From Trichoplax adhaerens (Eukaryota; Animalia; Placozoa), in assembly GCF_000150275.1 (NCBI RefSeq), contig NW_002060945.1, forward strand, positions 4,451,397 to 4,515,396: a stretch of 64,000 bases of DNA, given 5' to 3'. The notes below the pieces were generated by a model that was given only the letters and a program-made list of their open reading frames with translations, searched no databases and was not told the DNA's origin. Positions within the stretch are counted from its first letter, which is position 1. Every line of letters starts with the position of its first letter. Shown here one piece after another: positions 42,746 through 58,900 of the stretch. The translations under genes and the position numbers were made by a program.

Positions 42746-43499
42746 ATGACTGCGAGCGCGATGACGACTGATTCTATTTTTAGGTCTATACGTCAGTTGT
42801 ACCATCCCCACCTAGACCTGACCGAGCCCACCAGGCGGAGGACTTGGCCAAACCTAGTGAAAGTGTGCATTTTGTTGATACAGACTCATACAGTTCTTTC
42901 ACGCCACGGACGGACCACTGGAAGAATGTGGACACTACACTATAGGACATGATTTACTTCTGGCGGTCTAAGGTATTACAAGTCTTGCGATGGCAACATG
43001 ATGTTTGTTCTAAAATATCTGTATCACAAGTGATCAAGTTGTAGAGAATTACGATTGCATATATCGATATTGAGCACTGCAAAATTGGAGAGCAGAAATG
43101 CTGTAATGTCGCCCTCAACCATGGTTTGCAGTTTCTTAAGGTGGCTGTGAATGTCAAGGTTGACCCTGCACTGCAGCTAGGACTTGCAAATAGAGGATGA
43201 CGAGGGTAATGGTTTTTCTTTGAGTAATGCCAAAGACTACTCAAACTTGCATTTTTCCACGTTTTTTTCATACAAAGTACTTTAACCTTAATTGGTATTC
43301 ATGGTATATTCCTGGCCAAAGTTAGTCCCTTACTCTATAGAAACATGTTACGTCTCTGACTCATGCTATTATTGCTATCGTTGTACCGCATAGTGGGTCT
43401 AGGACAATTAGACGCCGACAATTGACTGCTGTACTGTACATTAAGTGTACAATGGAGTAGTATAGGATGCAAACAATATCAATCTCGATTTGATATAAC

Positions 43500-43655
43500 G
43501 AGGATGAATTGATTACTTTGCAGCGTTCAATCCTATACGCCGTAAAATGAATGAATCGAATGGAGTAAAGTATCTCTTTTGATAGGATGAGGGTGGATTG
43601 ACTATTTTACAGCATTCAATCCTATACAGGGTCCAATCAATTTAATGGAGTAAAT
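43500..43655. repeat. Diverged direct repeat with ~89-bp period
   Basis: gagg.tg.attga.ta.ttt.cagc.ttcaatcctatac...aatggagtaaa at ~43500-43569 and ~43589-43654. Confidence 0.8.
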
Positions 43656-44127
43656 AAATAAATTATCCCATTTGGTTGTAGATTGTACCATATTAGCTAC
43701 ATGTCGTATCTACACATTCAACTGGACCAAACTGAGTAGGTTTAATAGGGTGGTTTAGCATCGATTTCAGACAGTGACCTCATTCGAGGTCAAAGAACAG
43801 ACATTCTACAGTACTAATGCTACAATACTAATTCCAATGAAGAAGACGCAGTACAGTACAGTACAGTACGTAATACAGTATACTGTACTAATAATAGGAA
43901 TTCTACAGTACTTACTCTACAGTACTTTCGCTACTGTACAGTGTACAGTACGATCCTCAGCCCAGCAGAATGTTAACTTTTAACCGTACTGTACACTGTA
44001 CAGTACAGTACTTTAACCGCTATCATTATTGTGTAAAGTCAACTGTAAATTAACAAATAAAAAATTGACAATATTCAAATTCTTATTTCCAGCTTAGTGT
44101 TATTAGAAAGCGACTAAAAAAAGGAAA

Positions 44128-47100
44128 ATGAGTGGCTGTCTAGATGATATTAGATGTATTGAATGTGATATTGGCGAATATAGGAATCCCATCGCTGCTT
44201 CGATTGCAGGAGTTTTGGTAAGGATATAGAGTAGTTGCAACGATCAACATACTCGCTCGATTAGAAAATAGCTGTTGTACACTGTACGTAGTAAGTAGAT
44301 GAGGTAATTTTATTCTCCATACTTTATACTCAGTACAAACATTGCTTTGGCCGTACCAACTACAGTCAATGAGTGCCTGGTACCAGATATGAAAAATTCT
44401 ATTTCCAATTTTGTTAGTTTATAAATCTGAACCTTGACAACTTGATTCAAGTATATGACGATAACATATTATCAACATTGCCAATACTGTAGTCATTTTT
44501 CTCCTTTTTCCAACAAAAATACTCATCATACGGTCGAGTGGCAATAGTGTCGAAGATGATGCTATCAAAAATAGGATATTATGAAGCTATATTTACAGTA
44601 TGTTAACCTTGCATGGATGATGACGGTGGACATATATGGACAATATATGGAATATGGTACCGTCTTGATAGTTCGTAGATGTTGACTTGGTACTTACTTA
44701 AATTAGAATTATCGGTCTTGTTTCTACGTGATATAACATTACATATTTTTATTCATTGGCCGTCAAGAGAATTCTTTATTTTTTGATACGTTTTGTCCTG
44801 ATCAATGTACTGTAGACCGTATTGATGATAATGCAATTATTACAACTGGAAGGGCGAACCTACGAAATTGGATAGTCAGTTTGATGTAATCCGATAAAGT
44901 CTGGGACGCGGGCTCATAATTCACATTATTACAGTACTACAGTATACTGTATTGAATAGCAATTTTTCTGTTATCGACATTACCATAGAAATTAGGCCAT
45001 TAAGTTCTGTCTAATAGATGCCCTTCAATTATCAATGTACTGTAATGTGAGGTTATACCATATACTGTACACTAATATAATCTTATCACGATTATTTTAC
45101 TAATTATAAAGTCGATATAAATAAAAGCACGATATTGTACATTTTGGAGCCTAGAGAATTGGATAGAAATCTCTGATAATTAATTTACTACGACAATGCA
45201 ACTGAACACGATATACCTGAGTCAGTACGAGTTGGATTGGAACTACAGGCAGTAGTGCATGGATATTATAATGCGGTAACACTGCACGAGTACATATACA
45301 CGTATATCGTATTAGCTATAACTATAAAAATCCTCTATCAATCTCAACCTCTGTTTAACGAAAGTGTATAACCGGAAAGAACGAAAAACTTTATAAACAA
45401 TCCAGAGTTTAACGTATACTCGTGTGCGTATCGCTTATTTACGTCAAGTTCTGGAATATAGGCCAATATGGGTTCATTCTTTATCCAATATGAAAAGTAG
45501 AACTTGAGTATGCGAAGCGTAAAATGATAGATACGATTTATTTTCATAAGATTAATCTTACGGTATTAAAATGTAGTCTATGCTTGTAGATGGAACAACT
45601 TTCCATATGAAACATTGCCTTTATTAAATTGAAGCTTTGCTGTGATAGTAATTTAGCTGTGATCACCAAGGCAGTAGTTTAACGTTTTATACACTACTTT
45701 AGATACTGAAATGTAGATAGCATCGAAATAATTATTATCAGTACCTTATGCAATTATCTATAATCTATACTGTGCAATTTACAGCTATTATCTAATTGTA
45801 TGGATCATATAGGGAGCCGCCGGATGGTGGGTTTTTATTGACGCTGCCACCACAGACCAATTCAATCCAGCATTTTGTGTTTGTGGGATAGTTTCTATGG
45901 TCGGATTGCTTATGTAAGTTTCGGTATCCAATCTATAATGATATAATTAGAACAGAATGTGATGCTGCTTAAAATATGCTAGTATCATATACTGCAGTAT
46001 TTAGGCGCTATTGATCTAAATTCTCGTATACGTGTATAATATCTAGGTATTTTTGATACGGCTAATGCAGTGTATTGCCATGTATAGTAGGATTACTGTT
46101 GCACGTTTTATATGTCCGTCTTGCACTTTAAATAGAAGTACTCAATTAGGATTTTCCCTAGTTTTCGATATTAGTTTATTATATGCGGAAGCAGAAATTG
46201 CAACCAAGACGATACGCGTCTAGATCATTTCTTTAGTCAGAACTCAGACATCTTAACTCTATTCTATATGATCTATACTGACTGTAGTATATGATTGAAG
46301 TCTTAAATGTAGTATGAAGCGATTAGCTATTATACTATATCACTTATTTAGTGAATTAGTCATTAAGCTAACTATATGATCTACTATTATATAAAATATC
46401 ATAAAAGGATCAATGCTATTTCGACTGGACAGTTGCACGGAGATGCTTATTCTGGTGGATGTTTAGGACAGACGGGTAAGATTGCTAGCTCATAATTTGA
46501 AATCGCCAGAAAATTAATGCTTATCAAAAGCTATGTCCAACGGATTTGTTAACATGTGACCTATTTTAATACCTAGTATTGCGGTAGTACGCTATAAAGA
46601 TAAATTTTCTGAATAGTGTCTCAGCTGTTGTATATTTTGCAATGCGATAGCTTTATAGTATCGTAGGTACAAGGAATTAAATAGTGTAAAACTATACGGC
46701 AACAAACAATTCAGAACTTACAGAAACTGCCTTTAACGCAATAAGTAGTACTGTTTTGCTAGATAAGTATTTGTTAGACCAAAAATTGGACTAAGCTCCC
46801 GTTGTAGATCTATGCCTATTCCTTTGAATATCATGCTTGCGAAACGCTATCAAAATACGTATATGTACACTGTACAGTAATCTTAAATTGACGTAATATA
46901 CTCGTTCCTAAATTATCTAATTATATCTTAGGTTCACGTATATGGTTCATCTTTGGATTTGGATGCCTTTTTGGAGGTTTAATATCATCTGGATGGATTT
47001 TATTTGCCTCTTATGTTGTCCCCCGTAAGTCATAAATGTATTCATACTGTCAATATTACAGTACACGAGTTTCAAGATTGTATTCGTAGTTATGCTTTAC

Positions 47101-47401
47101 GCGACGTGTCACATATTTCGGAATGTAAAAGTTGATCTTTAACTAGTATCACTTTTGTCATAGTCTGATACTAAATGCATCGTCTTACTCTTGTTAGATG
47201 CAAAAGATGTATGGCCCGGTGTTGCTGTCTTCCTCCAAAATGTTCTGCTGTTTTTCAGGTAATATGAAATTAAACACTTTCTGAACAATAATTAATGACA
47301 CTATTTAAAGCAGTATCAAGAACTGACATTGGTATATTCTTATCTTATGTAGCGCTTTAACGTTTAAATTCGGCCGAACGGAAGATCCATATAGATTTTA
47401 G
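44128..47401 (+). CDS. TMEM50: TMEM50 (UPF0220/Vps68 family) four-TM endosomal protein
   Basis: Exons 44128-44217, 45813-45913, 46408-46475, 46932-47024, 47198-47258, 47353-47401. Protein [79 protein letters not shown]. Confidence 0.95.
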
Positions 47402-49317
47402 ATGGTTGGTTTGGCAGTTAATTATTGTAAAGTAGTGCATTTTCCATTACCAAAAATGCTATTTCAAGGTAGCATGACTATTGCTTCTTCTAATGTACAG
47501 CAAGAATTAATATCTTGTACGTTTACGCATTTATTACTATACGTATACGATCTTCTTGTGTAAATCCGGTAAGATAGTATATGTTTGTGGAGTAAAATCT
47601 TAAGGGTACGCTACTCCATTCTATGAAAATTAGTTTTAAAGAATGTTCCATGTTGAACCGTCACCAGAAAGTAGAGACTCTTGAAAATAATTGATCGTCT
47701 CTTTTTGGAAATATAAATTGCGTATAGATTAAATTCACAAAGCGTTACGAATTAGGTTTATAATTAAACAAGAAGGAATCAGAAATACTGATCCTATTTC
47801 CTTTTATATAGATCTCTATTCTGTATGTTCTAAAGATTAAATATTCCTAACACATAAATTAGCGATTGGTAGAGTGTAGATTATCCATTGGGTTATTGTA
47901 CAAGTTGCAATTTTTTGGTAATTTTTACGGTTATATTTCGCGCATAATATTGAACACTTCAACTGTTTATTATAGTATATCGTTAAGTTCTATTATAACT
48001 TCTTATCAACTTCTGTAATGTATAAAGAACTATAAATCTTTGTAGACTAGATAGAGATTGAGACCTTATGGTCAGTTATCTTACATTTTATCAAAAAAGC
48101 TATTACTGGAGTGCGGTAGCTTACGTATATAATCACGTCTATCTGTGTATTAGCTGGGAATTCAGGATAAATTATTTCATAACTTCGTATAAAACCGCAA
48201 ATACAACTATTAAAAGTTTTCGATTTGCACACTTCATGACTTGCAGCGCTCACTGGTATAGAAGGAATTAATGCACTACTTATACATGTACAGTATATTA
48301 TAATAATGATAGTTATCAATTCATTTATCTTTGGCTTGATATTAAAACTTGCAATTTGCGGCAAATTTTATATGCTTTCTTTGCAGCTGATACAGCAAGA
48401 CTGACCTGTTAATTAGGGATAATCGACTTAATTGGAGTATGGTCGAACTGAATACTTTATCGAGCTGCTAATAACAAGTTGTAAAAATGTTTAGCTAACT
48501 ACAGTACTATCTCTAGTAAACAATACTGTACGATCTACGAGTGACAACTATAGTCTTAAGTAATCTGTAAAATATCCGTAAGTATAAATCGACTGTTGTA
48601 ATAAGAGGTTTATAAAACTATACAAACAGCATCCCAAAATCCTAAGATTTTGATATTTAATTGCATTCATGAATCTACTGTACTGTCGTAGATTCAATTT
48701 TGGTATCTATTTCATTACCGTCCACTTTTACAGTATTTAAGCTTCGTAACTTGAAATTATTGAATGTGCCTCATCAATCAGCCATCATGCAACCGGATAA
48801 AATGATACAAAGCCAGTAAAATATCATTGGCAAGCACATCATGATAACTATCACTAATTATTTTCATACAGTACAGTATATGATATCCTGCAAAGCATAT
48901 TAACTGTACAGTAGTTCCACGATAATATCTTTAAGTGGGAACAAAAACTTGCATAAAAACACTATCTACAACTTACGTTTGAATTAGATACGCCTATCAG
49001 CAAATCTCAACTGTAATTACTTATAATGACAGCTACTTTATTTGTATAAAGCCAAGAAATAACTTCAAAAGTAGAGAAGATATTTTTGAAATTTTATTTG
49101 CAATATATTTTAGGTCAACAAAATCAGGGATCGCTTAAAATATCTACAATATTTCTTTTTAAGTAGAGATGATAGCAATATACAATACAATTGCACATCT
49201 TTAATAATTATTACTACATAAACATTCGATTTCATAGTCGCACGGTAAATAGCATCGCTGCATGATGGTTGTTAGTATGCGTTATTAATAATGTGAAAAT
49301 TGCGAATTGTAGCATGT

Positions 49318-50944
<1,627 letters not shown>

Positions 50945-51694
50945 GATTGGTACTGTATCAATTGTCCTATTTTTACGAGAGATGAAAAGTTGATGAGAAA
51001 AAATGGCCATGTAAAGTTTCTGGTAAAATTGCAGGCATACTGGTACTAATTTCAAATGATATTATATTCACTTTTCTACTTGTTTAGTTACTAAGCTTCA
51101 TACAATGATGGCACTATAGCTATCTGACATGAAGAACTAGCAAATGATACAAAGTAATCCAAGTTAATTTTCACAACTACAGTATCCGCTCCACAAGGTA
51201 AAGGTGATCAACTGCTTGTATTGATATTGTCCACTACTGTAGCAATCGGGAGTCTTTTTCACCACAACAAAGACATTATTACAGTATGAAACTTTGCAAT
51301 CAACGCTATACCACTTCTCCATTTCATCTTTATCGCATAAAATAGCAATAGCTTAAAGAAATTAAAGTCTAAATTGCCAATTATGTCAGTAAAAAGTTGT
51401 TTTGCATCCAGAACTACTTACGTGGAATGCGGGAAAGAGGACAAGCGACCGTATACCAGAATGACGCCAGCAATGGTCTGACTTCACTTTATATTGATCG
51501 TTGACGCCGCTGTAAACAATGCATTGGAGCACAAGTCATCCGCTTTTAGCATGACTTGCTTGTGGAGAATTGTTTCATCATCACGCTGTTCATTATTCAA
51601 TTGCGTACTGTGTTTCTGCGCAGCATCCTCAAACCCATGAAAGTCACGAGTTTTTCACGCTTCTGTTGAAGTGCGAAGTGAGACTGTTAGCCGT

Positions 51695-52120
51695 GTTACT
51701 GTACGCATGTACAGTACTGTACATGCGTACAGTACAGTATGCATATTTGAACGGTACAGTACATTCATACAGTACATTCATACAGTACAGTGTACAGTAG
51801 TACTGTACTGTACTGTACTGTAGTAGAAATTCATGGAGTTTCTACAGTACTGTACTGTACTGTACGTAGAGTCTACGATATTCATACTGTACTGTATTCA
51901 TATTACGAGTGCTGTACTGTACAGTACAGTATACTGTATGATAGGGTATGTACTGTACTGTACTGCATGACCTGTAAATCTGTAATTCTCCATAAAAAAT
52001 ATACTGTACAGTACAGTACAGTACAGTACTGTACTGTACTGTAAGAATTTTTTACGCTGGCAATATTCTTTCCATTGACTCAGCAAATATCCAGTACAGT
52101 ACAGTACGTACAGTACAGAA
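51695..52120. repeat. Dense strand-switching TACAG/TACTG pentamer array upstream of cathepsin L
   Basis: For example actgtacagtacagtacagtacagtactgtactgtactgt at ~52003-52042; smaller patches at 55360-55410 and 55620-55695. Confidence 0.9.
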
Positions 52121-55100
52121 TGTCTCGTGTTGCATTGCACGCTGCAGTGAGTGTGTAAATAAGGTAAACAACTCTGGTCAGTCAGCCAGCTCGCGACATG
52201 CACAAGTTATTATTATCCAACATGAATGTCGTCATAACAACGACGATCAAGTAATACTATATTCAAGCTAGTGAAATCGGAGAGCCACCTCTCCCTTTCC
52301 TCTTGCCTTCCAAATTTATAATATATTCATCAAGCAATACATTACTGTACAAAAAATCGGAAATTAAAACAAGAGCGATCATCAGTTGAACTCATGACTT
52401 ACACATGCATCTATCACAAATTTGCGAAGTAATGGGTGGATTGTTGCAGGAGGATCGACGCACAGGTTGTAACGAGATTAGATTAGCAATACTTTGCAAT
52501 GCAGGCATTGTAAAGAAGAATTTCCAAACTACCTAAATAATAAAATCAAATCGAATAGCAGGAATATCAATCACTGCTAGAAACTGAGTAATACTTGTGA
52601 ATTGTAATAACGTGACAGTTGAGGTATAGCCAGGCGCCAGGGCCTGAACAACTATAAATAAATCGACTCTCGATAAACCGATGCTACCAATAGATTGACG
52701 GTATGACAAGCCCATAAATATATATGTCACGATATACTGTATACAGAAAGTAGAAGCCGATTTTTATGTAATACCATCACGGCCAAACGAAGAATAGGAG
52801 GAGAAAACTATGCATACCTCTGAAATCAGCATTAAGCGTCGATATTCCTCGTCGACTTTAAAACGCCGAAAGAACTTTGATAAAAAAGTTTTAAAGCTCT
52901 AAACTGCTAACTCTATAGTCAAGCAGCGTGAAAAGCTACTTGAAAGTTTGGGCGATAATGCTCGGCTACGCGGGTTGTGAACATAAATGCCATATACATA
53001 CTGTAGATATTTTTATGTCAAGTAATAGATTCACACGTTTTCTGCAAAAATACCCGGCTACCGGGCTTATACTGGCTAGTAAAGCATATCGTGGAAATTA
53101 TGTTCCATACAAATAAGACATGCCGGTATTTCCCAAATCATGTCCATGGATCTATACGAAATTAAGATAGATTCGCGTAGTTTACAACGGATTTACCTCT
53201 AAACCCTGAAAAAAGCAGCCTTTTGAATGGTGGAAATAGAGGAAATTTCCTCGAATTCAGTTGAAATTAAATCAACAAGGAAAGCAATACTCGTATCTAT
53301 GGTTGTGTGTGTATATTGCACAAGTGATGATTATAATTGTATACCAATATTAACCTTAATGTTGTGAATACGACTTCAAATTTATACTCGTAAAAGGCCC
53401 TACAAATACATTCATGTCGCAGCTAAATCGAACAATTTGCAATGTACTGCTAAGTTGACTGTATAAAAATAAATGATTGGCGTCATGTTTGAGTTGAATA
53501 ATGCTTGCTAAAGGGTTGTAACATTATTTATTTTTATCCGCAAATGGAAACCTTAAGCCATAACTATACTGTCGTGGATACTTGAGCACAAATTTATTCC
53601 CTTATAATTATCCAAAATGCTCATTATCTCTTGTAACTAACTGTTCGATAAGCTATTGCAGAGATGGTACTAGTTCTCAAAGTAAGATTGCTTTTAAATT
53701 ATTATAACACTTTGTTGTATGATGTGCTTCCTTAGCTTGCATTCTAAAGTACAATCTCTTGAGGATACTGCGCAAACTGAGGTAATTAAGTGACAGAGAG
53801 AAGCGATAATAATTATAAGAATAATGTGCTCATATGATCATTGCGAATAATGGAACAACTTCTATTTTCATTGTAATCTTTACGATTCGGTGCCATTTCG
53901 TTTTTGGCAAAATCTTCCGCAAGACGTTACAATTGCCTTTGCTCCTGGTTAGTCCAGACGAAGCTGTTATGTATGATAGACTGGTAATGTCTAGGAATTA
54001 TTGCGTGATTGACCTAGTATCGCGATAGAGAACATAACGGAAGCTAGCGATTTGATTAAATCTGTTTTATTTTATATTGATGTAAAGAGCGTTGACTGTT
54101 CTACAGCGTATATTTGTAATATTGAGTACAGCCTTTGAGCATCTGTAGACATATACTGTACTAGTCAGCAACATATATCATGTAAATTGAGTAGTAATGC
54201 ATCGATATCATGTTAGCCGAGTGACTGAGCGGGATGGGACAAGTTTATGAGTAGCTGGAAATTGAGTGGACCGATCATTTTATTGGTCATTTTACTAAAC
54301 TGTCATCGTTCACGGTACATCGTACTGTGCACTAGCCCAGGGCAATTAAAATGTCCAGTCAAAAATAGTAGTTGGCGTATTAACTTAGTAGAATTTTCTC
54401 ATTTACTTTTTGTGTGTACATTCCTGAATGACGAGTGGAAAAGGAAGGAAGTCATCGTTCACTGCCATGGTTTGTCTGTCCGTCAAGTTTTCGGCAGATA
54501 CTATCAGGGAATCCTGAGACAAATACACTGTTTGAGAAGTCCTTGGTATTTGTACTGTACAGTACACCAAAGTCAATTATTTTGGATAGCAAAATCAAAA
54601 AATAAATTTGTATATGCTTGTACACCTAAATTCAATGGTATAAGTTTTATGAGGGAATTCCTGCAGATTTTATAATTAGATTGACGCTGTCATTTATCAA
54701 GGAAAATAATCACCCTAGTAGGTTATTGATTTTCCTTGCTGTACTGTACAATATAGTGACTGCGCACAGTGTACAGATTGAGGGTTCTGCTGTATTAGAA
54801 TAAGGAAAGAGAAAGTCTCTTGTATTCGTTCTTGACAAATGAATGACAGTACTGTTGAAAGACAGTTGTACATTGTACAACCAGTGTGGACGGGAAATTT
54901 TCAGTGATTAATGTGAAAATATATACAACTGTTGTGCTTCTTGAACAAATTTTCTATCGAACGATAAGAAAGAATTAATTTAGACTGTACTGTAACAGAC
55001 TCGCCAAGTGGGAGAACTTGGAATCGATATGGCACAGTTACTGTACATTTGAGTGTAGAACAGTAAGCAAAGATTTTGCGCACGAGTACACTGTACACGG

Positions 55101-55965
55101 AGTGTACAGTAGTCAGAAGAGGGGGATTTGCCGTACGCTAAATAAAGCAGACTATGATCCACACTAGAGATCCTTAGAGGAGGGTCTCTAATCCACATCA
55201 CAAACAGTATAGTACAGTAGTCTGTTAGGCCCAAAGTAGATCAATTCTATATGTTCTACGGGTATATACAGTATAAATATTATACAGGAATTTGAAGGAA
55301 ATCCTACTTTGATTTTTAAACGAAGAGTGCCATGGAAAATAGCGATTGATCAGAGTCAGTGTACTGTACAGTACAGTATAACAAGTAATACAAATTAGCT
55401 ACAGTACAGTGTGGACGGGCTAATTTCTATGATTTTTGTGCAAATAGATGGATCTAAATTTATTTTTATTTTTTTGACAAATTTCATATCAGTCGATAGA
55501 GAAAGAGTTCATTTACACGAATCTATCATTAAAATTCACGTACGGCGTTTACTTTCGTCGTAATTATGAATTAAAGCACGCGAGACGCTACAGTACAAAG
55601 TAAAAATGAAGGTTTTGTAACCCTGTACAGTACAGTACTGTACTGTACTGTAGTAGTACTGTAGCTTTCTCCACGACAATTGTACTGTACTACAGCAAGG
55701 AAAACTTGCTGTCATTTTATTTAGGGACACTTAAATATCATCCAATAACGTTATTAAAACCGGAAAACATCCATTGCAACGAGATTGATCATATCCATAG
55801 TGCAAGTAATCTGCCCAGGTTGTAGTCGTGTCATTTCTAGGTATCATTAGTGACTAAAACGAGACTATTTGCAATGGTGAATTCATACTAATCGAGAAAA
55901 AGATTATAGCTGCTCCGATGAAAAGTTGAGATCCTCCTGATAACCTGTTGGCCTCTGTCAACCCA

Positions 55966-58900
55966 ATGGAGAACGCAACCAGCAATGATCCTATTGAAGG
56001 CATTATTTGCCCGGAATGCTTGTCACGATTTGACACCATTGATCATTTACTTTGGCACTTTGAATCGATCCATCCAGAAATCCAAGTATCAGCAACACCT
56101 AGCGATAATGACGATGATTTAATCGATGTCACACACTCCTCTACAGGAGAAGAACAACAATCTCAGGTAATTGAAATAGCTTCCGCAAAGTACCCTTCCA
56201 ACCAATTCCAAGTAGTATTCAACTAATGCATTAAAATCATCCTCTTTCAGTGTACTGTATGTATAGTCACCAGAATACAATCCAATCATAAGTTATAGTT
56301 TAGTTGGAGGCTTAGCCGTCGATTGTCCAAAGTACAGTGCTGTATTTAGCAGGATATTATAAAATACTTAGAAAGCGTCAGCGATCTTGCTATATCAATA
56401 ATCGACTGGATATTTCCCTAGCTTTAGTTGCTACGATAGGCGTCTTTCAAATTCAATGCATCGTGCATAAACGTTATGTATATCGATTTTATTCTAAGTT
56501 TCATAGCGTTAAAACTTGGTAGTTATTCTGTGATCGTTAAGGAAGACATCAATCTGACATTGGATTCAGTTGGTGGGATATACTACTGTAGTTTTGTGAC
56601 TATACTTGACCCAAAACAGCATGCCTTATTTTCGTAACGTCTCCGCCAAATAGCCATAGTTACATTATCCTGCAACTGCTTTGAATGCTTCTCACTGATT
56701 CTATTCTATTTCAATGACACCCAATTGCCATCTCTTTTATTTGGTGGTAATCATTTCCAACGATCTTATCCATGTGTTATCGTTTTATTACTTTGCAATG
56801 CTAAGGACCTAACATGAAATCACAGTTAGGATTTCAATCATGTCCCACTTCTCAAGTGCATGCCACGTTCATACAAGTGTTCACCACTATAAAAACGCTC
56901 TACTTGAGCCACGCGTGTTATATGAGTCTTACATCCATTTCCTTTTACTGCCTAATGAGGCTTAACATTTGAAGTCATCCAGTTTATCGGTATATCTTGA
57001 ATTAGGCTTTACTTTACATTGTAATAATATTTTAAAAACCAATATTATTCCTTAACATCAATTAGCACAGTAGAATGAACGTTATCACAATAGAATAATT
57101 CAATCGTTGTAGGAAATAAAACACAGTTTTTACTGAACTGTGTTGCAATCATCGATAGAATAGAATCTGATTATGACTCTATACTCTACTCGTATTGATT
57201 TGCTATTATTTTACTGTCATCAATGCCCTTCGATGGGTGTTATTACTTTTTTGAGCTAGTACTGTACTTTAGCAAGAGCTTTTCAAAAGTTACAAGCATG
57301 CATTCAATTACAGTAGAATGTACGCGCCATTTTGCCATCCTGACTACGTTTACTCAATCCTTCAACATTTGTAGTATTCGTTCAAATTATTTGCAAATCT
57401 AGTAATGACGCACTACAGTAGATTGTTGCATACCCACTGCGTACAATGATGCAAACCTTCTTTGACTGATTCTGTGCAATTTACTTTGGATGCAATAGAC
57501 GTACCCAAAATCAATCAATACTACCGGTAATCTTTGCTGTACCATCCATGCGATCCTTTAAGTTTAATTTATAAATTGAAATAATATTCCACTATGATTG
57601 CTCATTTGTTTTATTGTCAATAGATTACTGCATACGAACGATACAAATCGGTCGATCAATCTACAGATAACCTTTACTCTATATTGATAATTGCGAAAAC
57701 TAACAATGTTATTTACTCGTATACAAGACTCTTCCTCCTCCGAAAAGTGTCTCAAATCTTATTAGACGCATTATAGCCAGGTAAGCAATGCTAAGCGTGA
57801 ATTGCAGTAGCGTTGAGCGGATTGTAATTAAAAATAGAGTTATCTCAAATAATTTCACAATAAATAGTAAAAAAAAATAACTACAGTATTGCAATTTAGG
57901 TTGTATCGTATGATTTCGTAAGGATCAAATTTTATTATTGAATTAGGGGAAAATATAGATACATTGGTGATTCATATGACTTAGATTTAACTTATATTAC
58001 GGACAGAATTATTGGTAAGTGACGAGATAATCCAATGTCTAAATTTACTGTACATCTTACCTCCAATAGTAACAACGAGTGTTTTTACGTGCTAGGCCTC
58101 TTATGAGTGCTTATTGATTTTAAATTTAAAATGATTAAAGCTATTATACAACCTAAATGCAGTTAGATGCCTAGTAATTAAAATTATATAACCTTGTACT
58201 TGTAAAACCAAAATAGTCATGTCAATACCTGGTGAAGGAATCCATGCCTTATATCGTAATAAAATTGAAGATGTTGTCGGATTACTTAATCACAAACATG
58301 GGAAGAAGTATATCGTATTCAATCTATCCACTGAAACTTATGATTTTAATAAGTTTGACAACCAAGTCTTAGAATTTGGTTGGCCTGATCATACAGCTCC
58401 GCCTTTAGAGAGATTATGCAGGTCAGCTCTTTATTGTTACTCATTAAGAATTACATACTTTTGACTCTTTACAGATCATAACAATAATGCTATTTATGTA
58501 TAGCTTATTTTAGTACAATTAACGTAAGTTTGATGCTTTTTACAGCATTTGTAAATCCATGAAATCGTGGCTAGAATCTGATGATGAAAACGTGGTTGTT
58601 GTACATTGCAAAGTAATCTATTGTACTCATTATCCCGTCTATGTCTTGTACATATTTTGTAGCACAGCTATACATACATTTAGCATAAATCAAGCCATTT
58701 ATGTTAAGTTAATGGATAAACATTTCATAGAATTTGGCATCGTTTGGCTTCGTAAAATACTGATGCTATACAATGTTAATATAAGTCGTTATTATATAAC
58801 TATATTGAACAGGGTGGTAAAGGAAGAACTGGTGTCGTTATAGCTGCTTACTTGCAGTATTCCAAAGTTTGCTCAACGTAAGGATCAATTACGGCCTAGT

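Noticed and set aside
42428-42952. 174-aa ORF with a 19-aa repeat
   Set aside because: The repeat is the 57-bp higher-order DNA repeat read in frame; the antisense strand is equally open.
51570-52203. Short ORFs between cathepsin L and tensin
   Set aside because: They overlap the pentamer array and are low-complexity artefacts.
54247-54675. 142-aa ORF upstream of tensin
   Set aside because: No recognisable domain, atypical composition and no convincing splice link to tensin.
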